Source: Amoebidium appalachense (taxonomy: Eukaryota; Protista; Ichthyosporea). From it: a stretch of DNA of 64,000 bases. Shown in pieces: positions 20,509-34,279 of this stretch (the first letter of the stretch is position 1; each line of letters begins with the position of its first letter). The stretch spans positions 893,817 to 957,816 of the forward strand of contig CAVNZM010000013.1 in the NCBI GenBank assembly GCA_963693365.1, in the 5' to 3' direction. The position numbers and the translations under genes are program-made. Under the pieces are notes generated by a model that saw only the letters and a program-made list of their open reading frames with translations, had not been told where the DNA came from and did no database searches.

Positions 20509-21661
20509 GAAGCTTCGCCTCATGCGCAGTTGCCACAGGCATGCCTACGTCACGGGCATACAGACACAAGAATGATATGTACATAGATACATATATATAC
20601 TGTGTCCTTGAAAACCCTACCTATGGTGGTCTTGATGGGAACGCGGATTGCTGATGCTCTTTTTATTGAGATGTGTAGGGATCCGGATTCTCTACAGTAA
20701 TTTTAACTTGACACGAGTGACTGTGTTGATGCGGATGTGGCTGGCGATGGTGCGTGCCCTGTATACGTACACGGGCGTGCGTGTGTCTGTGCCGTATGCG
20801 TGCTTGGGTGTGCGTGCGAACGTGGGTGGGTGTGTGGGTGTATGCTTATGCACATGCTTGCGTGCAAGTGGGTGTGCGTAACAGTGCATGCCTGCGCAGC
20901 AGCAGTGTGAACGGACAAGCAAGACATAATCGTGCCTGTGCATGGGCCATGGATACCTGCGTTCTGGCGTGCACGTACTGTGACTGCCACCTGTGGGTTG
21001 ACGCCCTTGCGTCAACAGACCCCTCTCCAGGGCCAGGCTCGGAAGATCAATCGATGGTGCCCTGGCTGAAAAATGCGCTGAAACTTGAATTTGTGGGTGG
21101 CGGGGAGGAGGAGGAAGGAATGGGGGCTCGCAGTTGCGCAGACCGAGGAAGGGATGGAGGGAAGGGAATGGCTCTGGTGGGGGGCTCCGGTCGAGGTCCG
21201 CAAGGGGGGGAGGAGGTGGGGGGGGGGGGGGGGAGGGGGGGGGGGGGGGGATGCGGCTGAGGCTGCGAAGGGGCGGGGGCGCCAACGGGGGCAGCTGCGG
21301 GCGCTGAGTGACCATGACGTCATGGGTTTACACTTACCATATATGGTATTCTCCGGGTATAAGTGCGCCAATAGGATCACTCCAAGCTCAGTATTTCGTT
21401 ATAGCGAGCACTGGTATGAGCCGCTAAAAACTTTTTTTCCGGGCACAAACTTTGAAGAGCAACAGAAACACGGTGAAAGAGGCGGTGAGAAGAGGTGTGT
21501 GAGTCGTTTCAATCCCAAGAAGCATTGTTATACGGCAAACTGTTACTGTTTGCTAAAGTATTTTGGAATAAAAAGTCCTGTGGATTCGGTCAAGTGGCAC
21601 ACGGATTGGCGGTTTCTGTGAAATTGAGCTTCCCATCGCCCAGAAACGGAAACCATTCAAC

Positions 21662-21999
21662 ATGGCTTTTCGAACATCAGCGCAAAGGCTCTCGCCGCTG
21701 GCCCAGGCTGCCGCCTACAGACAGTTGGGTGTCCATCCTCTCGCACCTGACATATTTGGTCGCTGCCAAATAAGGCTATACGCTGCAGCAGCGGGTGCAG
21801 TGGACGAGGGGGGCAAAGATTTCAAGACCCTTCTTTATAGCGTGTCCCCACAGGTGAGTGACGGTGGGGATTGATGTGCAACCCAGTATGAGCGGTTGGA
21901 GCATGCTGAAAAATTAACACGGGGTGGGGGGTGGGAGGGGGGGGGGGGGGGGAAGAGGAGAGAAGGGGGGGGGGGGGGGGGGCGGATGAGGGAGAGGAG

Positions 22000-22035
<36 letters not shown>

Positions 22036-22478
22036 GGCAAAGGAAGGAACGTTGCCGCATGGATGCCAGGGTGTATTTAGATATTGAAAGGGTAAGGAAG
22101 TGGTCTTGCATGCCCATCGATTGAATTCCTGTTAAAGGGAGTGGGTGGGGGGGGGGGGGGGGAGGGGGGGGGGGGGGGGGGGGGGGGAAGGGCAGGCGGC
22201 ACGGAAAAGCAGGTGCACGAGGAGAGAGGAAAGGGTGGTCTTCTCATGTTTGTTCTGATGGCGCCAGTAGCCAGGGAGGCGGAGGGAGGGAGGGGGGGGG
22301 GGGGGGGGGGGGTTGCTTAGTTTAGTATTTGGCATGGGCGTGCATGCCAGTGGGTTGTTGTCACAGTGTCAAAGCTTGAAGATAAGGGCAGTGTGAGACG
22401 AAGTCACATGAGGGTGTATGTTTGTGGTGGTGGTTTTTTTGTTTTTTTTGTTTTATTGTTTTTTTGTTTGTTTTTTTT

Positions 22479-22510
<32 letters not shown>

Positions 22511-22956
22511 CATAGGTTTGGTCATACCACGGAGAATGCATGTGGCACTACCAAGTGGAGGTAGTAAAGCATCAGAACAGGAGAGAACCATGTGATGGTG
22601 GGGTTCATTTGTGGGTCGAGGTATGTGTATGGCGGGTATAAGCGGGATATGCCAGGAATTCCATGTCTTAGATATGCAAGGAATTCCGTGTGTTGGATAT
22701 GTAATGAACTTCGTGTGTTAGATATGCAAGGAATTTCATGTCTTAAATATGCAAGGGGGAAGAAAAAAAATAGTCAAAAGAAGAATTTCGTGTGTTAGAT
22801 ATGTAAGGAACTTCATGTGTTAGATATGCAAGGATTAGATAATACATGTGCTTGTAATATCCAGGCTCTCATTATCAAGAATAAAGAATGAATAATTACG
22901 AACCTTCTCTCATCTCCTTCCCAACACCACCATGGTCGTGCACCAACCTACATCCA

Positions 22957-23018
<62 letters not shown>

Positions 23019-23037
23019 TTTCACACGCACACACACG

Positions 23038-23078
<41 letters not shown>

Positions 23079-23090
23079 ACATAAACACAC

Positions 23091-23167
<77 letters not shown>

Positions 23168-23568
23168 GGGTGGCCACCATCACCCTCAACAGGCCCAAGC
23201 GCATGAATGCATTCAACCTTCACATGTATGAGGAGTTGGGGGCTGCCCTGAATCGGGCCGGGTCAGACCCGAAAGTCAAGGTACGATCCGGAATGAACCT
23301 ATCCTTACATTAAGTAGAGATAATGATATTGGTTGATTGGACTTATATTCACTTTTTTAGATTACCCAATCATGCCCCCCCGTTACCTCTCGCCATACCC
23401 GCCCCCTCACATAGCTCTCCTTGCATGCACCATGTGCACGCCATGCAATACACCAGCATACAACCACACACGTGCAACGCAAGCACATCAAGTGCATGTG
23501 AACACACCAGCCGCCCTCTAAACGGCTTTCTGCTGACTCACTTTCACCTATGCAGGCACGTGCGCGTG

Positions 23569-23652
<84 letters not shown>

Positions 23653-23872
23653 AACCACATGCCACATACCACATACCACAAACACACAAGCAGCTTCCTC
23701 CCCAACACATCCACACACAGAATCCCTCCCCTCCCCCCCCCCCCACCCCCCCAAAAAAACTCACTCACACACACACCGTCCCCCCCCCTCCCCCCACATC
23801 GTCTCTCCCTCTCTCTCTCTCCCCCCCCCCCCTCTCTCTCTCGCCCACCCCCCCTCCCCTCCTGCCTAAACA

Positions 23873-23909
<37 letters not shown>

Positions 23910-23911
23910 GG

Positions 23912-23971
<60 letters not shown>

Positions 23972-24430
23972 ACACATGTACACACACACGTACACATGTA
24001 CACACACAGGTAGCCCTTCTCAGCGGTGCCGGAAAGTTCTACTCGAGTGGAAACGACCTATCCAACTTCTCCCAACTCATTCACCCGCGCAAACTAGCAG
24101 AGGCATCGCGCGATGTTTTGTTCAAATTCGTGAATTCATTTATCGATTTTCCCCGTCCTTTGGTTGCAGCCGTGAACGGCCCGGCACTTGGAATCGCTGT
24201 CACTACACTTGGGCTGTGTGATGAGGTAACGTGAGACTTTTCACTACTACTACTACCCCACCCCCATCCCCCCCCCCCCCCCCACGCACACACACACACA
24301 CACACACACGTTAGCCCCCCCTGAGGATGGGCTCTGCTTATTATGCATACTCTTAATGTGTGGTTTGCACTCTGCATCGTGTTGTCCTTTGTTTGTGTAC
24401 TTCTTATTTATGAGGCATTCAACCCCCCCC

Positions 24431-24461
<31 letters not shown>

Positions 24462-25226
24462 ACACCTCTTAATGCAACCCCTGCCTCCTCTCTCCCTCCC
24501 CCCCCCCCCCCCCCCCAATCCCCCCCCCCCCCCCCCCCCCCCCCAACACACACACACACACAGGTTTTTTTTTAACCAACTTATTCGAAGGTTTGATTTG
24601 GGTTTTTAATGTTTGTGACGTTTTTGTGTTTTGTCTGGTGTCTCCTCCATGTGTCGAGCCTTCCAATGCATACCTCCCCCCCCCCCCCCCCCCCCCTCCC
24701 TCCCTCCCTCCCGTCCGCCTCCCCTCACCCACCCACGCACCCACGAACCCCCACCCCCTTCCCCTTTCCCGAAGAAAGGCCCTCTTCAAGTATCTTGTGC
24801 CGGCAAAGTTGTTTGGGTTGCAGTATTAATCTTACTTTAATTTTTTTGAACCGAATGGGGGGAAGGGGGGAGGTTGAATGCTTTTGCATCCTTGTTTCCC
24901 ACCTACCCATGCATACATCCCCCCCCCCCCCCCCCCCCCCCCCTTTTTTTTTTTTTTATCGACCAAGCCCCCTCCCACCCTCCCGTCCCAACCTACCACT
25001 ACTGTGACTAGCTCTTCACATAGACACAGAGCCACATGTGGTGTTTTGCCCTCTCTCTCCCCCCCCCCCCCCCCCTCGAAACGCAGGGGATTTTCTTCCT
25101 GAGCTCAACGCTTCATGAAAGCCCCTATCCCCTCCTCTACCCCCCCCCCCCCCCCAACTCTCCCTCACGCACCCTTTCTTTTCAAGCACACATATGCCAA
25201 CACACGCGCACACGCACACACACGCG

Positions 25227-25276
<50 letters not shown>

Positions 25277-25310
25277 TATTCCCCCCCCTCCCCCCTCCCC
25301 CCCCCCCCCC

Positions 25311-25350
<40 letters not shown>

Positions 25351-25766
25351 GGTATACTCCATCAAGTCGGCAACATACAACACCCCCTTCAAGAAGTTGG
25401 GGCAGGCACCTGAGGGGTGTTCCTCTTTCATGTTTCCACGGATCATGGGGGAAGAGAATGCACGCAGAGTCCTTGATGACGGATATCAGTTTAGCGCTGA
25501 CGAAGGGAAGACGTACGGGTTTATCAAGGAGGTATGTACGGGCATTCCAGCAACCATCCTTTCTTGATTTCGATTTTTGTCTCTTTTTCCGAGTTTATCA
25601 GGAGTTATGTGTGTGCGTGTGTACCGCCCCGACTTTTTACTTCGCCTTTTGCATTTTTGGTTTTTGCAGGTTTTCGAAGTCTTGGCTTTCCTGATTGTCA
25701 CCATTTCTTCACACCCCCCCCACCCCCCACCCCCCCCCCGGGGCCAAAGCAACCCCCCTCTCCCCC

Positions 25767-25800
<34 letters not shown>

Positions 25801-25882
25801 ACCACCACCACCACCACCTCCCCTCCCACACACACACAAACACACACACACACACATCCCGGTACACATACACACACACACA

Positions 25883-25944
<62 letters not shown>

Positions 25945-26323
25945 TCCCCTCCGTTCTCTGAAGTGTAGTGCAATCAAATCACGTGCAAGCGCAGTCACAC
26001 CTGACACATGCCTTTGCGACCATGGGTGAGGTTTTTCACCCCTAGTATGATACATGCGGGTGTGCAACCACACACACACTCTCTCTCGCTCTCTCCGTCT
26101 CTCCCTCTCTCTCTCCCTCCCTCCCTCCCTCCCTCCCTCCCCTCCCCTCCCTCTCTCTCTTCCCTCCTTCCCTCTCTCTCTCTCTCCCTCCCTCCCTCCC
26201 TCCCTCTCTCTCTCACACACACACTCTCTCTCTCCCTCTCTCTCTCTCTTTCTTCTCTCGCGCTCTCTTCTCCCTCACTCTCTCTCTCTCCCTCTCCCAC
26301 CCCCTCCCCCTCTCTCGCTCTTA

Positions 26324-26407
<84 letters not shown>

Positions 26408-26731
26408 TCACTCACTCACTCACTCACCACTCAATCCCCCAACCAGGTCTTCAACACACAAGAGGAGCTCCAATCTTTTGCACAAAAACGCTGCCTCGAA
26501 ATTGCCTCGCAACCGGAAACGTGCAAGGTCCGACCCCTACACCAGGAGGTGGGCCTGAAAGAAAAACTCCGGGCGGTAAACTGGGAAGAATGTGTCGTTT
26601 TGCAGGAAAAGTGGGTTTCGTGGGAGTGTTTCCACGCGATTGCTGAGTTTTTGGAGACCAAAAAACAGCATCAGGCGGCAATGGCGATTAGGTTTGCCAA
26701 CAAGACGAGGTTTCTCTGGGATAAACCCTAG
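21662..26731 (+). CDS. Enoyl-CoA delta-isomerase 2-like crotonase (no ACBP domain; probable mitochondrial presequence), ~328 aa
   Basis: Exons 21662-21853, 23167-23280 ([16 protein letters not shown]), 24010-24225 ([38 protein letters not shown]), 25352-25531 ([23 protein letters not shown]), 26447-26731. All are phase-0 GT-AG introns. Motifs are typical of ECI2/PECI/CDYL-type crotonases. The N-terminus is Arg/Ala-rich and nearly free of acidic residues. Confidence 0.92.
22625..22840. repeat. ~25-bp minisatellite (ggaattccgtgtgttagatatgcaa)n
   Basis: About 7 degenerate copies in ECI2-like intron 1. Confidence 0.85.
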
Positions 26732-27409
26732 ATGTGATATGCATGTGCACAGTGTGTGTATGAGTTACTAAGAAACAAGTTGTGGTGTGTATATGAATGA
26801 CGAACACGTGAGATAATGGCATACATGTATGTGTGTATGTGGAAGGGGGTATAAGGGTGGGTGGATGTTATAGAGGGTCGGAGATTTCTGTGGGACGTGA
26901 TTTTTTTTCGTATGTATATGCATAGCATGTACATATGTACGTGTGTGAATAGATGTCGTGGAAGGTAATAGATACTGGATGGATATACAATATGTGAGAT
27001 ATACATATGCACAGTGTGTATGCTTTTGCACGGGATATGCGTGTTGCGATAGATGGTATTAGAAAAGATCAGAGTTTCCTTGGTCACGGCCGTCTTGAAA
27101 ATTCTATCTTAAAGTTTCTGTGACTAAAATTCTACATTTTCGGTAGTATATATATCAGTTTGTTCCAGGGGCTGTGGTTAAATTCGCCCACTATCAATGT
27201 CTGAGCAAGAGGCATATGTATGTGGGTAAAAGATGTAACACGTCACTTGTGTACGTGCCAGGGGTGGTTCCGTAGGCGCAGATGGTAAGTTCGATCGTTT
27301 GTGGAGTGGACCTGGCTACCGCTGGCACGCCCGGCATTCGAGTGTGAATGCAAAGGGGCCCTTCCCAACCCCCCACCCTCCCTCCCTCCCCTCCCTCCCC
27401 TCCATCCCC

Positions 27410-27466
<57 letters not shown>

Positions 27467-27831
27467 ACACAGTGCCTCTTGACCCGGAAACTGCCTACAA
27501 TGTATGATACGGGTGGGTGGGTGGGTGTGTCGATGCACGCACTGTCACATTTTTTATTTTCCTTTTGGTGTGTGTTTTGGGGGGGGGGGGGGGGGTTTGT
27601 TTTTTTTTTGGTTGGTTGGTTGGTTGGGCGGGGAGGGAGGGGAGGGGGGGGGGGGGGGGACGCAAACGGCAGGCTGTGAAAATAGTATATGAGCAGTTGG
27701 GGGAACGGGATACACCAAAATATCACGAGGAAAGCCAAAATACACACGTTGATTAGCACCTGTTAGACAGCCCGTCGTGCCCTTGTCAGGAGCCTTGTGT
27801 GACTCTAAGTTAAGACTCCGTATAATCCAAA

Positions 27832-27992
27832 GTTTTGTTTCCGGAGGGACCCCTAGGGGCCCTCAGAGGCACTACCCGAAGCTCCCACCCAGCACCAACT
27901 ATTATAATACTCTAGCTAGCGTGCTACGGTGCCATCAGCTAAGCTAACATATGGCCATTACCAATCCTAACTACTCGTACACACTTGGCCCG
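27832..27992 (-). mobile_element. Dispersed ~165-bp repeat, copy 1 (SINE/LINE 3'-tail-like)
   Basis: Aligns by eye with 29153-29310 and 30727-30903 (gttttgttcccggagg..ccctaagggccctcag..ctacc..cccagcacc..agctaaactaa..cctaacta..gtacacac.t.gccc). Confidence 0.55.
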
Positions 27993-29152
27993 TCTGTAAC
28001 ACACAAAGTGTAGGCTACGGTCTTTATGGTTTGTGTTGCCTTCAGGCATTCAGAAATGGAAACTGTACACGTGTTTGGTTTGATTATTGATTGCCGTTTT
28101 ACATAAGGGTGCGAATATTCTTGCAGATGTGCTTTTAAAAGAAACGGATTAACTTGTATTTTTCCATCTTAACCCTGCTCCTCCCTACTCCCCCCCCCCC
28201 CTTCCCCCCCCCTCTCTCTCACTATCTCTCTCGTGCTCGTTTGCTCTCTCGCTCACTCCCTTACCCCTCCCCCCGCCTTCCTCCGCATCCAACCCCTACC
28301 TCACCCCTTTCCCCCCTGAGCACTCCCCTACCCATCCCCCTCCCCTCCCCCTCCCATCCCCCCCTCCCCCTCCCCCTCCACCCCCACCCTCTCCCTTCCC
28401 CTCCTCCCCCTCCTCCCCCTCCCCCTCCCCCCTCCGGCTACACCCTTTAACGAGTTCAGGCCCGACAATACCCGCCTAGAGCTAGAGAACCACCATACCT
28501 AGCCCCGTGCCTGTCCTCTCTCGAACTCTCTTTATTCCCCCCCCCCAACCAAATAAAAAAAATAAAAAATAAAGTAAAATAAAATAAAACAAAAATACAA
28601 TGATCTTTGCTGGTCCCATGATAGCCCTTGCATTCACCCCTTCGTCTCTTTCACAAATGCTGGCTCTAAAACAATGCTGGATACCAAACTTTCCAGTACA
28701 GGCGGGGGAGGGGGGGGGGGGGAGGGGGGGGAGGGGCGGGAAGGGGAAGGGAGAGGCGGGGGCGGGGGGGGGGGGGGGGGGGGGGGGGGGAGGGGGGAGG
28801 GTGGTGAGGAGGGGAAGGGGAAGGGGGGGGTTGAATGGGCGGGTGGGTGGTGGGTGGGGGGGAGGAAGGAGAAGGGGGGGGTGGGAGGGGGGGGGGGGGA
28901 GGGGGGAGAGTGTGTCTGTGCGGGGGGGGGGGGGGGGGAGGGAGGGGGGAGGGGAGTGGGGGGGGGGGGGGGGGGGGGAGTCTAAGTCCGTTGCTCTTTT
29001 CGCTCCATATGTGTCCGTTGCTGTTTTCGCTCCAAATGTGTATGTGTGTGCGCGCAACGAAATAGTGCTAGGGGCGGTTAATTTATGAGTGTGTGCGTGT
29101 GTGTGCATGTGTGCGTGTTTTTCCAAAATTTATTTTTTTGTTGTTGTTGTTG

Positions 29153-29310
29153 TCCCGTTTTGTTCCCAGGGGGTCCCTTAGGAATCCTTTATGGAAACTA
29201 CCTTCTTCCAACCAGCGCCGGCTGAACCTTACTTAGAATCCTAAAGGTGCAAATAGCTAAACTAATACACCAGTGACAAACCTAGCTACTAGTACACACT
29301 TAGCCCAGGG
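29153..29310 (-). mobile_element. Dispersed ~165-bp repeat, copy 2
   Basis: Same family. The minus-strand 3' end is followed by (CAA)n/A-rich sequence. Confidence 0.55.
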
Positions 29311-29475
29311 TTTTTGCCCAAGCCTCGCTAGTGAGGAGCACCAGTCCTCCCCTCCAGTCAAACCCTACAATTAAAATTTAAAACCGGACGCTCATTGGTT
29401 GAACTCATCGGATGCGGTATGTTTTGTTTTATACTAATGTGGCCAACGTGCTTGCCAGAAATATGGTAGTTCCTA

Positions 29476-29561
<86 letters not shown>

Positions 29562-29956
29562 ATCTGTGTCCGGGTGTGTGCAGGTGTGTATGCGTGTGCG
29601 ACTGTGTGCGTGTATATGTGTGTGTGTGTGTGCCACGGAGGCGTGTGTGTATGGGTCGGTGTGGGCTGTGTGTGTTTGTGTCTGCACGTGTGTGTGTAGG
29701 GTATACCACTTTGTGCTTGGCACAGGCCAGCTAGCGCTTGCACACATTTACCAAAAAAAGCCAGCAAACCTTCTTTTATTTTCTGCGACAGACGGTCTAA
29801 ATATTCTCGTGCTCTGTTGATTACAGCGGTCACGTGTCCAAAGAGAAAAGAAACAAATACTCCTTTCGCACCGTTCCGTTTGGAAATGTGCTTTAGCCTA
29901 ACTCTTCAATTTAACAGCATTGTTAGAGTTAGCACTCGTGGTTCAGCTGATGCCTG

Positions 29957-30413
<457 letters not shown>

Positions 30414-30726
30414 ACAGGCTGTGTGTGTACCTGAGGGTGGGGGGGAGGGATAGGGGGGAGGGGGGATGGGGTTGGCTGATGACCATTTTAGTCTAGTGCA
30501 TGAGCCCGTAGTGTAAAATGGACTAAATGTTTATTTAAACCGATGTGCAACTAATGAACAACATTGCAGTGACCAGCACTGCTTGCACAGATTGTTTTTT
30601 AAGGAAACACAAAATTTAAAATAAATTAATGTTTAAGATTAAACCAGTTATGATTCATTTAGTAGTACATGTTTACATTCCTCAAACTTTGCTACCAATC
30701 AATCCTGTACATTTTTTTTTTTATAT

Positions 30727-30903
30727 CCCGTTTTGTTCCCGGAGGTACCCCTAAGGGCCCTCAGGGGAACTACCGTCCTCCACCCAGCACCGACAGTACT
30801 CTAGCTAGGGTGCTACGATGCTAGTAGCTAAACTAAACGATGCTAGTAGCTAAACTAACACACCTATAACAGTCCTAACTATATGTACACACCTTGCCCA
30901 GGG
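30727..30903 (-). mobile_element. Dispersed ~165-bp repeat, copy 3, in the 3' region of Cys-rich gene A
   Basis: Same family. Followed on the minus strand by an A-run. Contains an internal 22-bp tandem duplication (acgatgctagtagctaaactaa). Absent from the paralogous 3' region of gene B. Confidence 0.55.
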
Positions 30904-30950
30904 TATCACCCCAGCCATGCCGAATCAATACTATACAAACACCATCTCCC

Positions 30951-32519
30951 TTACATGTCCACCGCAATATCATCCGCCCCGCTCACGAAATCCATATCGG
31001 CTTCCGCAGCACTGAGAGGGGCCATGATCACTGGGACGGGGGCAGGTGCCGGGGCAGCAATGACCTTAGGGGCCGGGACACCAGTCTTAATCTCACAACA
31101 CTGATTATACTTGGCATCCCAATATTGGCCCGGGGGGCAAGAGGGGGCCGGGGTGGGAGTCTTGATCTCGCAGCATTGGTTGTACTTAGCGTCCCAATAC
31201 TGACCAGGGGGGCAAGCGGGCGCGGGCGCAGGCGTGGGAGTCTTAATGTCGCAGCATTGCTGATACTTCTCGTCCCAGAACTGATCGGGGGGGCACGCGG
31301 GCGCAGGCGTAGGGGTGGGGAGAGAGGACGATGTGGTTTTGATATTGCAACACTGGTTGTACTTGGCATCCCAATACTGGCCAGGGGGACAAATCGGGGC
31401 AGGGGTGAACGTGGGAGTAGTGGCGGTGGTTGTGGTCTTGATATCACAGCAGCGGTTGTACTTTGCGTCCCAGAACTGACCGGGGGGGCAGATGGGATCG
31501 GGGATGGATGCGGGGGTGAATGTTGGGGTGGTGGTGGCTGTGGTTTTGATGGTGCAGCACTGGGTGTACTTGGCATCCCAATACTGGCCCGGGGGGCACA
31601 CGGGTGCCGGGGTGAACGTGGGGTTAGTGGTGGCGGTTGTCTTGATGTTGCAGCATTGCTGATACTTCTCATCCCAGGACTGGCCGGGAGGGCAGACGGG
31701 CGCGGGCGTAGATGTGGGGCGAGAAGACGAAGTGGTTTTGATGTTGCAACACTGGTTGTACTTGGCGTCCCAATACTGGCCTGGGGGGCAGATGGGATCG
31801 GGGGTAGGTGCGGGGATGGAGGTGGTGATGGTTTTGATGTCGCAGCATTGGTTGTATTTTGCCTCCCAATACTGCCCCGGGGGGCAAACCGGAGCCGGGG
31901 TGAACGTGGGTGCAGTGGTGGCCGTAGTTTTGATGTCGCAGCAGCGGTTGTACCTAGCGTCCCAGAACTGGCCGGGGGGGCAGATGGGATCAGGGGTAGG
32001 TGCGAGGTTGGTGGTGGTGGTCTTTGTATCGCAGCATTGCTGGTACTTTGCGTCCCAGAACTGACCGGGCGGGCAGATGGGAGAGGGTGTGGGGTTTAAC
32101 TTGTTGATGTCGCAGCAGCGGCCATAGGTGGCGTCCCAGAACTGACCGAGGGGGCAAGTGGTGTTTGTGGGCTTGCAGCAACCCTCCGACCAGCTCTTCC
32201 ACACCTTTCCACGGGGGCAGCGGGGGGTCCTTCGGCATGCCCTTTGCCAGCGTGCATAGCCGACAGGGCAGTTCAGGCCACGCAGGGGCACGAGCACGCT
32301 GTTCCAACTGCTCACTGGCACGACCGCTACCGGGGCACGCACAGGCACCGCGGCCATGGGCGCAGCGACGAGGAGAGGATGTACATTGGGGGTGGCAACC
32401 CTCAGCACCGTCTGCACAGGCGCTTGGGTGTCGGCGACAGGCGCCTGGCGCACGGCAACAGCTGCCGCAGAGGCCGCGGCCGCAGCCAGAAGGCTGGAGG
32501 AGGCGGCTATGTGTACCAT
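30951..32519 (-). CDS. Secreted Cys-rich/mucin-like tandem repeat protein A (522 aa)
   Basis: Single ORF with hydrophobic Ala-rich N-terminus (MVHIAASSSLLAAAAASAAAVAV), 12 CPPGQ[YF]WDxKYxxCC repeats plus 2 degenerate ones, Thr/Pro linkers and an acidic C-terminus. Synonymous variation between repeats and a conserved paralog support coding status. Confidence 0.9.
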   Translation of the reverse strand: MVHIAASSSLLAAAAASAAAVAVRQAPVADTQAPVQTVLRVATPNVHPLLVAAPMAAVPVRAPVAVVPVSSWNSVLVPLRGLNCPVGYARWQRACRRTPRCPRGKVWKSWSEGCCKPTNTTCPLGQFWDATYGRCCDINKLNPTPSPICPPGQFWDAKYQQCCDTKTTTTNLAPTPDPICPPGQFWDARYNRCCDIKTTATTAPTFTPAPVCPPGQYWEAKYNQCCDIKTITTSIPAPTPDPICPPGQYWDAKYNQCCNIKTTSSSRPTSTPAPVCPPGQSWDEKYQQCCNIKTTATTNPTFTPAPVCPPGQYWDAKYTQCCTIKTTATTTPTFTPASIPDPICPPGQFWDAKYNRCCDIKTTTTATTPTFTPAPICPPGQYWDAKYNQCCNIKTTSSSLPTPTPAPACPPDQFWDEKYQQCCDIKTPTPAPAPACPPGQYWDAKYNQCCEIKTPTPAPSCPPGQYWDAKYNQCCEIKTGVPAPKVIAAPAPAPVPVIMAPLSAAEADMDFVSGADDIAVDM

Positions 32520-32648
32520 TTTAAAGAACGCGTGCGTGTATACAACTTGCTACTAGGCTACACTGTGTACTTCCTACAACAAACTCGGTTTGCTTTTGAG
32601 GCGACTGAAGGCGACTGACTGAATGATGTCCTGCCCAGTCGACTGTTC

Positions 32649-32812
32649 TTTATATATCCGGTATCGCCGATCCCTGTCACAATCCCCTTGGACACCCGCT
32701 AGGGATTGGTCCATCAAAATGTTTCAGCCTAATCCGATTGGCGTAATGAATATGAACGGCTAGAGCTTATGATTGGACAACAAATTCGTTTTTTCCTCTT
32801 GCTACCAATCAA
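32649..32812 (-). promoter_or_regulatory. TATA box plus CCAAT-box cluster of Cys-rich gene A
   Basis: TATATAAA about 130 bp upstream of the ATG. CCAAT/ATTGG near 32705, 32737, 32771 and 32805. Mirrored in the gene B promoter. Confidence 0.55.
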
Positions 32813-33321
32813 AACAGTTCTAAGGTCGAGATCTACATTCCTCACACAGGCAAACGTTACATGCAACGCTTGGACCAATCGATCGATCCGCGTGGTGCCA
32901 TTGGCTGCAAGCATGGTGTCACCGCCAGGGTGTAAAGATTCGTTTTTGGCTGATGCCATTTTCGCACCTTTTCCTCTGCCTGGATGGCCCTATACGGTAG
33001 AGCCAAAAACGGTTTGTTGAGTTTTTTAATATGTTTTTGGCTGTATTAGGGCCAATGGTGGTTTTATTGGGCTACTGTGTCATGCCGAGAACCTGCTCAT
33101 GCGCACACGTGCACACGTGCACGCACACACGTACATATGCAAACAGAGGATGAGATGCGCACGGAGGTGCACGCACGCATTCACACCATGCTGGGCATTC
33201 GCAATACCTGCAGTCATGCCACTCCCCCCTCCCCCCCCCCCTCGAGGCCCCCCCGCCCCCGGCCTCCCTCCCCTCCCCCCTCCCCCCCCCCCCCCCACAC
33301 ACACACACACACACGCGCCCC

Positions 33322-33379
<58 letters not shown>

Positions 33380-33984
33380 ACAGACACATACCACCACCAC
33401 CACCACCACCACCACCACACTGGGCCACCAGTGGCCACCACCATCCGATGATCACCACCACCATGCGCATCGTATTACCACATATCCGATCTGTTCTATT
33501 GAAAATACCGTGCTAGCTAGCACTTATCCACTATAATTATTACTAACTTCAACAACGTTTACATAGTCGCCTTTTCCTGCACATGCCTCTCATATGACTG
33601 ATGGCGCGTGCGTGGACTAAGCTCAGTTAGGTAGCATGCTTATGGCATCCAGTAAGCCTTCGCGGCACCCCGTCGCTCGCCGCACCAACGCACACAGAAA
33701 ATCTTACGGGAGTCGGACCGAGACTCGAAAGCCGTGACAGGCGGCCTGCGGGCCTAATATTTGGTGTGTAGGTTTGTACACAGACCAAGGAATATTATTG
33801 AAAACAAGGTACAAGCTTGCGTATTTGAGCGCGAATATTCCTACTTTTCTTGTGTGTGTTTCAATATTAGCCAAACGGCCCAATCTGAGTCCGTGTGCCC
33901 CCGCAAGCGGCAAGCCCGCAAGCGCGGCAGGAAGTGTAGTGTTGGCATCTGTAAGGAATGTAGATCTCGACTTAAACACTGTTT

Positions 33985-34133
33985 TGATTGGTATTTGAAA
34001 TTTGAATTTGGATTCGAAATCAGATGGAAAAATCCAATCATACGCTCTAGCCGCACAAATCTCTTAAACCAATCAGATAAAGCAGAAACATTTTGATGGA
34101 CTAATCACCAACGGGTACGAATGGGTATATAAA
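33985..34133 (+). promoter_or_regulatory. CCAAT-box cluster plus TATA box of Cys-rich gene B
   Basis: ATTGG near 33988, CCAAT near 34035 and 34069, TATATAAA at 34126-34133. Inverted homolog of the gene A promoter. Confidence 0.55.
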
Positions 34134-34279
34134 CCACGGTGAGTATGCAGATCATCATTCAGTCCCACAGACAGTCACCTCAAGCTCAACAGCAAACCGA
34201 CTTTTGTTCTGACAATTGACTAGCGAAGAACACAGTGTAGCTTAGTAGCAACTTGTATACGCGCACATATTCTTTCAAA

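Noticed and set aside
21085-21621. Plus-strand 178-aa ORF as a protein-coding gene
   Set aside because: No recognisable domain, it ends 40 bp before the ECI2-like ATG, and its duplicate near 37.1 kb decayed without any sign of frame conservation.
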